A program made the position numbers and the translations under genes. Positions 13,943-27,800 of a DNA stretch of 64,000 nt are shown piece by piece. Each line of letters begins with the position of its first letter. Position 1 is the first letter of the stretch. A model generated the notes under the pieces. It ran no database searches. It saw nothing but the letters and a program-made list of their open reading frames with translations, and was not told the DNA's origin. Source of the DNA: Phoronis australis (lineage: Eukaryota > Animalia > Phoronida); assembly GCA_002633005.1 (NCBI GenBank), contig NMRA01000330.1, positions 310,001 to 374,000 of the forward strand. Reading direction: 5' to 3'.

Positions 13943-14163
13943 ACACATTCCATAATTTCACAAATTCTAAACTCATGTAACAGTGCACTAGTCGAGTGTT
14001 TATTAGGTAAGGTCAATAAATCTGTAACAGATGTCTTTCATTAAATTACTGGTCATTATTTACACCAAAGCACCCCACTTGAGCCACATTTCCTGGTCCA
14101 GACTTCACTACCATGTGCCGTCATTCAATTGTGCAGCGAGGGCGCCACCATGCAATACTTGGT

Positions 14164-17100
14164 TCACACGACCAGATCATCAAACACATCCCTGAAAAAT
14201 AAAGACACCCAACATTGTAGTGCACCTCGCGCCATCTATTGACAAGATGTTACACATGTGAGTTACACCTGGGATGTGTGTAACGAGACTAAGCAGAACA
14301 CCGACCTTAATCTTACTTTTCTAAAAACAAAGCGACTGACTAAAATGCCCAGAGACTATCACCTGTAAAAATTTCATGCTTGCTAGTTGCTGGGCATTCT
14401 GCTTGATATCACATTGGTTGCATTTGAGTCTATTGTAATGCCATGAGACATGGTTGTGGCTCTCACACAGCTCCACAGAAGTAACATGTCACAAAACCTT
14501 AGGCAAACTTTACAAAAGTTGTATCCAGTTGGAAACAGTTATTTTATCAGAGAGTAATGCAAAATCCAACATATCTTTATGGTTGAGTGCATGAACTGAT
14601 ACAACTGGAGCACGGGACTTTGTGCTGGTGCCTCTGATGATCTCCCTTGAGACTTGTACAAGTTTTATTGAACAGTTATTATTTATTAAAAGTTTCAGTC
14701 AGTTGTGCACAAGTGAGGGCTGTATTTAGTATACATACGCATGACACTCGCAAGAAAATTTGGGCAGCGTGATCACACACTTAGCTGATAATGTGTGATA
14801 GCGATGTCTCGCGAAAGCTTACCTGATCATGAGTTTTCGTGATTTTCCTTCGTTTATGAAAGCAGACATTTCAGGCATGGAGATGGTAGCTAGTCCACAC
14901 AGTGGATTCGAATTTTGCAGTTGTAAATCATAAGTGTCCTTCACACAATAGGCGTTTTGAAATTGACATGGAACGTCACTGAATGCAGTTCTTTGTGTAC
15001 CCTGTTCTCAGTCATACAACTGTCCCAGTTGTCCTCGCAGAGAAGATAACTGTTTTATTACGGCAGTGGATTCTGAATAGTGGAGCCCAGAATGGAATCG
15101 TCGCTTAAACTTTGTCAAAATTCCATCTGTGATACAGTTGTATCAGTTCATAAACTCGACCTTTCAGATAATGTACTTGGATTTTGCCTTACCTCAGGTT
15201 AACTGGATTCAATTGTTGTCACGTAATCTACGTGTATCATGTGTCGCGCAATCTATATATACCACGTGTCACATAATCTATATATACCAAGTGTCGCATA
15301 ATCTATATATACCACGTGTCACATAATCTTTACATACCACGTGTCACATAATTTATATATACCACGTGTCACATAATCTATATATACCACGTGTCACATA
15401 ATCTATATATACCACGTGTCACATAATCTATATATACCACGTGTCACATACTTAGCCAGATAGAAAAAGATGTATCCGGTTTTCTCTCGACTCTCTCGCA
15501 CAGTTTTCTCATCTGTCATCTCCACATGTGAGTCGTCACATTTTAACCATGACCTCTTCTTCAAGTCGTACACATCGCTGACATAGTGACCTGAAATGAG
15601 GGGTCAACCATCAACGCTACCTTCCTTTTATTACTTCATACGCCCAAAGCTATAAAATAAGCAACTGGAAAAGTACGAAGGAATGAGTTTTAAAACAAGC
15701 ACCCATCTCACACATTGCTGAAGAATGCATTAAGGGGTGTTCATTAGCATCATAAAATGGCCACTAGGTGGTGCCGAATATGCCGAACCCGTCCAAAACT
15801 GCAAAGGCGTAGTCATAACAGAAACCAATTTGTCTAATCTCATGAAATTCTGTCAAGGAACTGCAAAGACAAAGAGGAAAACGTAGGAGAGAAATCTGCC
15901 ACTAGGTGGCACAGCCGTTGTTGGATCTGTGTGAAAGAAGTCATCATCTATTGTCACATTCACAGGAATACACTTGCAAAGAATTCTGCAAGGAGTTTGG
16001 GAGAAAGCAACGTTAGCCAAAGTCTTCTCACTAGGAACACATCTACCTATATTTAGAATGATCCTTTGAGTGGTTTGGAAGTACCGTGGCGACTAGGTGA
16101 CACAGAATACGTCAAATCCATCCAAAAACGGGAAGGTGCTGTCACTTCCTACATAAAGACCTATTTCCTAAATTTTGTGAGAATCTATTGAGGGACTTCG
16201 AAGATGCAGAGGTAACAGTAAAATACCAATTTGTCATTACTAGGTAGAGAGATCTGTCCAAAAGTCGTCATCCCTCATCATCTCTGTAGGGACATATCCG
16301 CCAACTTTCATGAACATCTTCCAAAGGAATTTGGAAATACAGCAGTGGACATCGGACAACAGAGAGAGATGACGGCAGTATTTGATCACAAAATATATGT
16401 GAGCAGGTAAAAACTCGTGTTATTAGAACTGGCGAGACTGAATCAGTCAAGACAGGTTACTTTCACAAGAATGAAGTATTCTCTAATGCAATGTATGGTT
16501 TCTGAAGTTTGATGTCAATGTTTTGATAAATGTGTAGTGAGATAAGGGTTAACATACCTGCTGAAGACATACTTCCAATGTGACTCACCACACTGACTAG
16601 TTGGTAGGAGTAGGGTAAGTCTCCCGTCTGAAATAAAACACAATCATGACATGCAGTTCTACAGACCAGTGCTCCTTTACGTTTTCAACCAAATTCCAGC
16701 AAAGTAAATTAGCCATAACAACGACCATCTAACCAGATAACAAGTAGAAGTCAGATTCCCGACCTAGCTATTGCCAGAAGGGTGTTAAAGATTGGTATCC
16801 AACCCCATAAACAAGAATAAAGTTAGTAAATTTAACCATTAACTTTGTAGTGAGACAATCAATTGATTTTGACTGAAATAATACTTCTGATGTAATAACA
16901 GCTAACTTAATGAATATTATGTTTGCTTGGAATATCTGATAGTCAGGGTTTGGAATGACAAATGGCGAAAAACGCGGAAATTTTTACGGCCCGANGTCTT
17001 AGCTCGTCCGCCACTCCCACATCCAAACATGGCTGCGGAGTCGTAGTATTTGTCACCGCGGTTTACAATAACACGAGCCGCCATTGAGGAAATCCACCAC

Positions 17101-18763
17101 ACTATCCCAGATGCCCCGCAATGTTGACAATTTACGTTCCTCCGAAACATAAAGAGCAACTTCCGCTTTTCGAGGTGAAAGTCGTCGGCAACGCGGCGGT
17201 AAGAAAGAAATTTGCCGCGGATTTTTTTTACGCGGAAGTATAATAAAATACGCGGACAGAACGTTTGAAAAAAGCGGAAATCCGCCTTTCCGCAGAAAAT
17301 TCCAAGCCCTGGATAGTAACATTGAACAAGGTTTTCTATCTTGAGTTCACAATCACTAACTACAACATTCACACGTTAGAACTTAACAGGCATGTAAATG
17401 TTTGCGAACTCACCTCAGTATTGTCTGATATTTTCTGCAGAAGTTCAGCATTTTCAGCTAACCTCTGAAGCATAGCGTCGTCACCCTCATGATTGGGGAA
17501 CACTGACTCAGGCAGGTCTTCAGCAAATTGGACTTCTGAAATGTGAGACAAAGACCATTAGCTGGGATGGATTTGGCTTACATCAGATTTCATTTGGCGA
17601 CCAGATAAAAGTCCGACGTCACCACGTAACATCCAAGCACGTATTCAAAATATTACAAGAAGTAAACAAATCGAAGTCGGAACTGTTCAGCCAAAATGGT
17701 AATGGCCTGACCATAATTGTCCGCACCAGAAGGGGTGCCTGTGTACAGGATATTGGGCCCCGAAAGGAGGAAACTGGGAAATTATATGTCGCTGAGCACG
17801 TGACACTCCTTATTTTCCGTTCAAGCAAAAAACACTAAAAATGCCATCCAAGCAATCTCGGGTGAGCTGGCCGACATTTGGACATTTTCTAAGTTCGCTG
17901 GCTTTTTACTCTCAGTAATTCATTTTCAGGTCTAGTCAACAAGGTTTGGCGACCTCAGTTCCTGTTTGGCGACCTGGGAAGTTTACCAGATCACATTTGG
18001 CGAGTTGACATTAAGCAAAGTGTCAGGCCCTGATTTAGCAGACCCATACAATGTCTTGTCACGAATGAGGAAACGCTGACAGAACCCTAGGTACGATTTC
18101 CACCTACCTTGCTCAACAGGTGAAGATTCCAAAAGACTAAGTTCTAAGGCCTTCTTTAGTTGTTCATCTTCCTCCATAGAATTCTGAAAAAGGCGATTGG
18201 CTTAACAGCTTCACAGGGTAAGTATGGTCTGCACAATAAACAATATAACTTATTAAGATTTACACGATGCAAAATGCAGCAATGGCTGATCTACCTCTTC
18301 ATATTGTACGCTCGCCCCGTGTAACCAATTCTCATCCACTTAAATGTCAGACGTTCTCCACACCTGCAAGCTATTAGAGATGCTTGTTTAGTAGTCCTGT
18401 TTGGTTAAACTACGATGACAAACAACGTTTGTCAATAGTCCACTTCAAGGTTAAAAATATATGGGAACCCAGATAGTATTGGGTAACAGGCTTTTAATGA
18501 AGACTTGTATTCCGAAACTCTCGTCGAGTACATTTCTTCTCAGCCATGAGGTAAGATTGTAGCGATTTTACAATGGTGGCACTGTGTGCACGACGGAAAC
18601 ATTTTCACAATGCCGTCAGGAAGGGGTGAAATGTGACATCCCACATCCATGGATATTTATCCAGCTTATTCCACTTCCTTGAACTGGCATTGCAGCCCAC
18701 GGTCCAGCAGTAACACTTTCCTGGCATGACTTAAATATGATATACAACATATACATATACGAG

Positions 18764-18845
<82 letters not shown>

Positions 18846-21800
18846 CGACAGATGCTAACATGTGAATCTCCATAGGAGCGAAAGCGAGGCTCCTGGCCTG
18901 TCTGCTGTATCTGGAGGTGTGCAGCTATTTTGTACCTCCCAGCATGGGAGAGTGATCAGTGTGGAAGGAGAGAATACCAGCACACCTAGACCAACTTCTG
19001 GAAACTTGGCTTCTATCAAAACCTCCACGACAGGAAACCAATCAGCGAACACAAGAGGACCACCTACCTTGTGATTCTCCGACTCTTGAATACTCATTTG
19101 TATTGCTTTGGCTAACTGTTCCTCTTCATCAGATGTCACATTCATTGCAGTGGTCTCTTGTTTACTCATTTCTATCACCTGCAACAGAGATGTACCTTTT
19201 ATGATGAAAATCCTTGGAGTCACAACAAGGAGAAGAAAGACATTAATGAGAAATGTCACGATTTAATGCAACATGTGTCCAGTGAAATTATTCTTAGACA
19301 GAGGTGAAAACATCCTACGTGGCAAGCAGATCAAGCAAATGTCCATTGACAAGCTGGGATTTGTGCGCATTTTAACAGTACGAGTTGCTGGACACGAAGC
19401 ATTGTGCTTCTGTTCATCAGCATGTTAAAACTTCAGGCAAAAGTCAACAAAAAATTGGACAAAACGCAACAAAGACCTGTTGGACAAACACCCAGATTAT
19501 GATGAGGGATGAAGTATCACAAGAGTTTCCAAGAAAAAAACTGCAATTCACGTTCTGTTAAAAGGAATGATTTCGATCAAAATCATCGTACAATCTATAT
19601 TTGCACCATGTTTCTAAACACAAATCTCCCAACAGATGGTGGTGGAGTAGTATAGCACATTATGTACACCTACCTTCCAGTAGTCAGGGTCCTCTTGTTG
19701 GCTAGTCTGAAGACTTTGTTCTACAGCTCGCTTGACTTGTGAGACATCCGACGATGAGTCTTCATCCTGTTGTCGACTGCCTGGTTTCATGAACTTGTAC
19801 GGCCTTCTGCAACACGAACACACACACACAGTAAGCCTTCACCTCTTGACTTATTTAGCACACAACATGACAGACAAGTGATATTTTATTTATGTCAAGA
19901 TTCTCCACAAAACAGAAGATTAAGAAAATTTTAGTCCATCATTAGCTCGGATTGTACAGGTGACATCACATGCAGCAATATAATCTACCCTTGACAAAAT
20001 AATACAAAAATGACACTTATGTTCAGTTTGATTATGAACTGCATCATTAATCATTCAACTGTGTTATCCCACTTTCTTCATTTTCTACCAGAAAAATCTA
20101 TCACAGACTTGGCAATGAAAATACAGTCATTGTTACTTCAAAGTACTGACTTTCCTAGACCAGAATAGACCAGTTTTCTTCTTGTCTCATCTCCAGACAC
20201 TCTATCTTTCATGGGACTGAAACAAATGAACAGCGTGTCACACACACACACACCAGCATTAGTTTTTCTAGTTGTTCCATAAGTTTCATTCCTTTATCCA
20301 ACAACTAATAATGAATGAGTTTACAAATATTTGCTACAAGTACCACGGTACAGGTTACATTACCACGGTACAGGTTACATTACCACAGTACAGGTTACAT
20401 TACCACGGTACAGATTACATTACCATGGTACAGGTTACATTCCCATGGAAGTGAATGTAGTCCATCAGGAAAATTAGTTTCTACTAATGGTGGCAAACTG
20501 TATAGTGCTTAAATTACAGGATAGTCTTTAAACAACAGGACAGTCTTCAAACAACGTCATAGTCTTGATTTTTATCAGAAAGCACTGTGTGATCAGATAA
20601 CATTGCATATTTTAAATTATTTAATATATTACGAAGATTTTATTGGCGGCACTACAGATCCTGGAATAAAAGCCTTCTTGGAACAAATGTTCCAGAGGAA
20701 ATTACAAGAAAAAATTCAAGTAAGAGTAACAGTTGGCAGCTGCCATAAACTTGCTTCGATACATCTTAATCAATCAATCGATCAATCAATCAATTCTTAT
20801 TACGTATGATTACTATAAGTGTTGATGTTTATTTTCTAGTAATCACATTATATTGGACTCCTACCTGACAGTAACATTTTCCTTTAGAATAACAGGTGGT
20901 GCTGGTGGCTGGGTCTCTTCATTGCAACACAACTGCAAGGTCATGAACTTTGGAATGAAGACTGGGCACGCCACCTTTTGAGCAAGGCTCATGAAGTTGT
21001 AACGCTTCAGATGTAAGATGAGAATCCTGGTGGCAAAAACGTGCAAGGAAAAGAAGATGAACAAAGGATCAATTTCAGCTGAGTACATTAAATGTATATT
21101 AATAACTGTGTTGTAATAAATCATAACAAGCAAATTTAAAAATCGTGTAAAACAATTCAAAACATGACTTATAACCTGGAAAGTTGCCAAACAAGCGAAA
21201 TTTCTGTAAACTGAAAAATAATATTCTAATGCCTACACTAAATCCCCAAGTACATTTTCTGAAAGACAAGGCTCTACTAGGTAAGCTTGAATTGGATCAT
21301 CATTTTATGTGTTGAACAAGGCTCTACTAGTTAGCTTGAATTGGATCATCGTTCTATGTGTTGAACAAGCAAGAATGAACAGTCTGTTCTTCATACACCC
21401 AGAAATAACTTGTCTGTTTTTGACACAACCACGGTCTACAGCATCTTTAAATAAGTTCAAACCATACCTGGGCAGACGGATAAAGTGGTGTGACACCTTG
21501 GACTGCACACCATCACACTCTTCACATTTATAGTCCAGAGTTTCACTGCTGAAAAACTGGTTGAGAGCATCTTGCAAAGATCGCCGGAGGTGAATTTTGC
21601 TGAAAACGAGATATTTTAGTAATTATCAATATTTCCAGATGACTTTCGCAAAGTAGACACACAAAAGCAAACTGCTATTAATAACTGAGGTGTCTGTAGA
21701 ATGAATATTGTAAACAACTGTTGTGTCTCTATACTTTGATGTAGGGTAAACTCCATTACACAATACTTCAGTTGCACCACAGAGTAGAATCAAACATAAA

Positions 21801-24800
21801 TCACAGATATAATAAGCGCCATGTCTTTAGAACATGCCAGTCTCCAATAGAGTCCAGAGCAATTGCAAATTCAATAAAAACCCAGGTATTGGTTATTTGC
21901 TCTATGGTACCCCACATTCTTTGTACGGTATATGTAGGTTACACAGAACGCAAGTTGGTTATATACAGTCTGCATACTCACCTCCTGCGTGGCAAGTCTA
22001 TGGCCAGATCATGAAATGTCTCCTCTTTCACAACAACACTGCCACACCTGAAAACACAGATTAAACAGTTTAGTCTCAGGAAAAGCACGGGTCTGCTGTC
22101 CCATTACAGTACAGTTAATATAACACAGGTCTGCTGTCTCATTACAGTACAGTTAATATAACACCGGTCTGCTGTCTCATTACAGTACAGTTAATATAAC
22201 ATAGGTCTGCTGTCTCATTACAGTACAGTTAATATAACATAGGTCTGCTGTCTCATTACAGTACAGTTAATATAACACAGGTCTGCTGTCTCATTACAGT
22301 ACAGTTAATANACACAGATTAAACAGTTTAGTCTCAGGAAAAGCACGGGTCTGCTGTCCCATTACAGTACAGTTAATATAACACAGGTCTGCTGTCTCAT
22401 TACAGTACAGTTAATATAACATAGGTCTGCTGTCTCATTACAGTACAGTTAATATAACACAGGTCTGCTGTCCCATTACAGTACAGTTAATATAACATGG
22501 AAACAACAGGGCCGTCTTGGATTACACTGCAACATAACTCTCCTGTCACGGAGTTAAGAAAGCACGTCATTTCCATCTACCTTTAGAATGTCAGACATAG
22601 GCCCATAATGTGACCAACAGATGGCGTGTAAGAAGACTAAGAATTCGTGTTTATAACAAATTCTACAGTTCAAATGAACGAAAACTCTGTCACATTGAGT
22701 GAAAATTTTGCATCAATCAGAACAAGTGAATCTAGTCATGTCCATAGATGAATAACGTACTGTAGACAGGAAATGCTATGTCGCACAGCGGATTCAAAGT
22801 TGGTCGAGATTGGGTTCTCCATCGACTTTCTGTTCAGATGCTCAAGGACTTCAATGTCGGCATCAGACGAAGGAGGGCTTGGCGTGGACGCACTCAAACG
22901 TTTGGTGTCTTCCTTTAGCTGATCCAGAACTTGACTCAGGAATTCATGAGCATCCTGCAAACAAATACACAGAATTTAAATTTATCAACTTATTCTCGTT
23001 TTGCTCGCAGCAGCTACTAAGTTACATAAGTTAATAAATTTAGTCACAATCTGTTTGGTTTCATCAAATAACAAACATTTGGAAATAGGCTGAAAATTTT
23101 TCTACCGAAACTTATTTGATTTTCAGTTAAAAGGAATGTTATCAGCTTTTTTGAAAACTACTGTCTCATGTCAATAACTAGAAGAAAGAATTGTAAGACA
23201 CAAAGAATTTTTACTTATACTAAATTTAGTGTAGTCAGCCACTTCAAAAACTCATCTGAGACATAGGAGATAATTTAAATACTCAGCTGAGACATGGGAG
23301 ATTATCAGTCCCAAATGCAACAAGCTACGCTGTACATCGAGGTAAAAAAAATGTGAGAGAAAGAATGGATAAAAAGGATACGCACAAATAATTACTTGTT
23401 AATACTGTGCATTTGGACTGCTACATTACAGGCCGTTAAAAATCACGGAATAGTTTGGCTGCAGACAAAGTGGTTTCCTACACAAATATCTTGGCTTATT
23501 TTCGCGACTATTTTACTGAACATCAACAACATAGTTACATACATGCTGCTCGTAGCCAGAAAACCGTTTGGCCGAGGATGAAATGGCACTCTTGACCATT
23601 CTCAAAGCCATTCTTTTCTTGTCCTGGGTCACTCCCTTGGACTGTGCAATGAACAGTGCTGACAGAGCTCTGCAACATTGGATAACAACATGTTCAGAGC
23701 ATGTCCACAGACAGCTCGACTGTTCAAGCTATTGAACAGAGTTGACAGTCGAATATTGAAAACTGTTTCAATGACAAATGCTCAATGATTTGCAAGTTCA
23801 AGACAATAAGCCCCGTCAGCAGTGCTGAGGAAAGCAAACACCCGAATTATTGTCTATGGTAACCACTCTACAATAAAGTGCCGCATAACAGTAGTCATTG
23901 TCGTTATCGTCATACCTATTACAGAATAAGCAGAAGACGACGCCAAGACAAAATGCATGGCAGTTTTTCTCGTTACAAAGCTTGACATGATGGGCTTTCA
24001 AAACATTTTATATCTACATTCATTTAATATTTTATACTATTCTGCTTAGTTTTTATCATAGGTAGGTAACGGCATAAGCGTTTAACATTGATTAATAAAA
24101 GCTTATTACTAGTACCAGTACTTACGCCAAGAGATCTTCTTTAGACAGCAGTTTCTGCAGACTGCGGCGACTTTGGGTGAGATCAGATCTAAATGTGTCC
24201 AGACTATACAATGACTGAAGTATGGCATTCATGTAGCAGGTGTTCCCAAGGTTGGAGAATCTACAATTAATTCAAGATTCTAATAAAACATGTTTTTCAC
24301 CTGAAGTCTTGTTAACTCTGTCACCATCAAGGGCACCTTTTGGTGATTCATCTCCTCACTGCCAAATGTGGGTATCGACAAGTATTTTTGACCTAGTTAG
24401 CCCTAACTTTCATGGGAGATAACTGTAGTTAAACGATGTTATCAGACAACAGAAAGACATTTTTACTTTATCAAACTGATTCTCAAAATCTAGGACTCCT
24501 AACTAGTACCTAAAAATCTCTAAATAACGTACCCTTGTAATGAGGTTTGTTCCTTAAAATTAGGCTTTGTAGGTCTCCAGGAGTAATCAATATTGACGAG
24601 CTTCGGTCTCTTGTAGGGAAAGCTGGGTAATAAGGCTGGCTTCCGCTTGTCATTTATTCCAGAGCTATTAAAAAGACAAAACTAAGCTAGAGCACGCAAA
24701 ATCAAAGAGTGTTCATGGAAACTTGACCACAGAGGCAGGACATTTTTTTACTTGATAGAAGGGACATTAATTGAAATGTTTGTCCTAAAGCCAGACTAGT

Positions 24801-27800
24801 GCATAAAAGTAAATTATTGCTGCTATGCTCAAGACATTTAAATACATAGCATACAACTAAAGACATCATCAGTTCAACCATTCATAGTAACTTCAGCTTG
24901 GAGAACAGCAGCTGTGATCCCTGCCACTTTGAAGACATCATGGCCCTTCTTTTTAGTCACAAATTTCTCATAATTTCACATAAGCCTATCAAAATCCGTT
25001 AAAGAATTCCATCTTGCTTTTAAATTGCTAACAAGCAATGAGAAAAACATGTGAGTCTGAAACCAATGTGTGGCAGAGGAGTAGAAACCTTTGTCAGGCG
25101 GAGGTGAGTGAAATTTCCTGGACAGATATGAACGACTTCTGCTGCCCAGCAGCAAGCAACATTTTTATTTTAATACAGGCATTACTTTTAATACAGAGTT
25201 AAAATCTTGAACTTAAATTATGACCAGGAAGTCATTGATTTTTCATCACAAAGCTTCAAGCATTCACGCTCCACTTAGTGTGAATATATGGTTGACAACA
25301 CAAGACCAGAGCATTTCCATATAAGGAAAACCTAGAAGCAACAGGATGCTGATGGAACACGGCCCAACAATGGATAGCTTAAGATTGATAACAGAAATGT
25401 CACAAGGAACAAACCTGAATGACAAGCCACTATAATTATGTTGACCTTGACCTGTGTTGTAGAAAGAGGTAGCAGCCAGAGTAGACTGAGACTTCTCACG
25501 ACTTTTGTTCAGAAGCAAGCGATTCGGATTTTTCGCATAAGGATTACTCTCTCTGAAATAATAATAAACCACAAATACTTTATTGTCCAAAATTGATGCT
25601 AGTGTTATCCATTCCTGTCCTGTTATATAACAACACAGCAGAGATGCTACATTTATAGGGAAAGATGTAAGTAAAAATGTTCCTAATGTACACAAATTTG
25701 TGACATAAAATTAAGAATATCATGTTATGGCAAAATGTGTTGCACATGAAAACCGTGAGTGTGGCAACTTTTATTTATCGCATTTATGACTTCTCGGTAA
25801 CATAATTGAAAGGGAGGTCCTGTTGATGTGTGTAAGTGGATGTGTGTCTGTTCAAATTGTATTTACAAATGTCGTGGAATTGGGGTGTAACACCCCTATC
25901 TAATAGTTGTACACTGTTAATGCAGGAGCATTAGTCTTTTGTTTAGGATCTTTATGTCCACTGGAGGCGTTGTATGTACACCATAGGGCGTTTCCAGAGT
26001 GCATTGTAATTGCTGTCTACCCCCGCTCCTAGGTAATTGTTTATTGGCTAAACAGATGCTACCATTGTGATATAACCAATCACAGTGCAGTTTTGATGAT
26101 TTTTAGCCTCAGCAGTCATTTACAGCGCTGATTTCGAATACTGGTTTCAACATGTTGTTATGCACTGTAGAGAGATTATTAGCTGGGCCACGCGGAAAAC
26201 TCCAGTAAGTACATGTAATTCTGTTAAGGCTTTACGTTTAGTCTATTCATGTAGGTCTGCTGGACATTGTATGACAAGTGTTTAATTGTTGAACTGTACG
26301 GCTGCTTTGTGATGGTTTTGTCTTATGCGAGTTCGAGTCCCGTGTGCTAGCCGTATTGACTATTGGGTAACGTTTTGAGAACATTGTTTGGTTCCGTTGT
26401 TTGACCAACTGTATTTATCGTTTGCAGATAACCGTCTCTTCAAGAATAAATCCTTTTAAACAAAGCTGACGCGTTATTCTTATCGCCCACACTAATAGTA
26501 CACTATGACAACTAGTCGTCACGGAGACCAAACTTTACCTTTTCACCGGAACATTTTCCTTTGTCTCGTCTTCACTGCTCTCATCAAATGACTTCACTGG
26601 GTCACCAATATTGGTGAACAATTCGACTCTGCGAACTCTTTCCTTCATACTGCTTAAAGACAAGATCTATACTAAAAGATGCACAATTAACGAGACCATG
26701 ACTTAACAGTGAGAGTTCTGTTACAGGGATGAATTATGAGCCATAAATGGCAACACAGTGGGCTTCCCAAAATTAATCTTTATAATGTTCTAAATAAACA
26801 ATCTGTAGAGTAATGTTTGATTTGTTCAGGTGAACTGCAACATGCAGCTACATACAAAGTCCAAATCACACGCCTATTTTCAAACACTTTTTGTCTACAC
26901 ACCTAATCATTGAGCTCCGTAATTTAAAGTTGATGGACCGGAGTTTGTTGATTAAGACTGCAGTAAAATTCAACTCAAATAATTTTTTTAAGTTAAACTT
27001 GTGATCCTTAATCCAGATATAAATCTCCAAAGCAACATGTTCTCATATTCTTCAACAATCACAGAAAAAATTGTCCCCAGAAAGGTTTGAACAAGTTTGC
27101 GAAAAAATCAAGACTCTGAAAACTCATATAATTTGCCTAATTTCAATTCAAAACCAATCAAAAGTCTGGTAAAAACAGGGATTTAAAGCTAAGGGCGTTA
27201 AATCAAACTGAAACAAGTAAACACCAAAGATTTAGCACTGAAGTTGTTTTAAAGCAGAAACCTATGAATGTTCAAATGAAGCAAGTTATGTCATTTTGTG
27301 ATGGGCTAATTCATACCTACAAACAAGTCTGAACTAAGTAAATGACCCAGAGCTCAATTTGCCATAAAGCACCATATTGGACAAGGTGCATGCAGATGAC
27401 AAAAACTGACAAACAACCACGTCCATGTTTTCTTCAGCAACACTGCCAAGATATAGATAGATAGATAATCTATATCTTGTCAGTTTCTAACAAATAAATG
27501 CGAAACTACTAGCTGAAGGTCATAACTAAGAATTGAATTTATGAAACTATACAACGCATGAATAAGTCAAGGTGGATACGATAGATGGGCGCATAGTCCA
27601 TACTATGACACTCCCTTACAACAACTGAAGATACAGTCACTGTCAGTGTACACAGAACCATTGATTCTTCTCATAGTACTGAAGCACCTCCTTGAGGCTC
27701 TTGTTAGAGTTCCATACATTGAGATGTCACAATATGCTTCATGGATTACAGATTATTTGAATATGCAAATCATATCATTTGAATATGCAAATCATATCAT

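Larger units (their letters stand above)
12292..15450. other. Uncollapsed haplotype duplication (12292-13750 vs 13943-15450)
   Basis: Near-identical intron/UTR sequence with small indels on either side of the N at 13751. Confidence 0.8.

Noticed and set aside
13378-14044. Long ORFs with repeated YHVSHNLY/IPRVTQS peptides (also LKFHFN at 43449-43652)
   Set aside because: Translations of minisatellites.
12292-15450. Tandem duplication giving USP37 two terminal exons
   Set aside because: The pattern of near-identical blocks either side of an N recurs at every gap, which points to uncollapsed haplotypes.
18295-18363. Possible extra USP37 exon between UIM exons
   Set aside because: It has a stop in the required phase 0; the neighbouring exons join in frame without it.
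22088-22497. CRISPR-like regular repeats (also 3500-3790, 20341-20445, 61235-61475)
   Set aside because: Head-to-tail units without unique spacers, no cas genes and a eukaryotic context: these are minisatellites.
26647-26655. NAGNAG acceptor in USP37
   Set aside because: A common feature with at most a one-residue effect.
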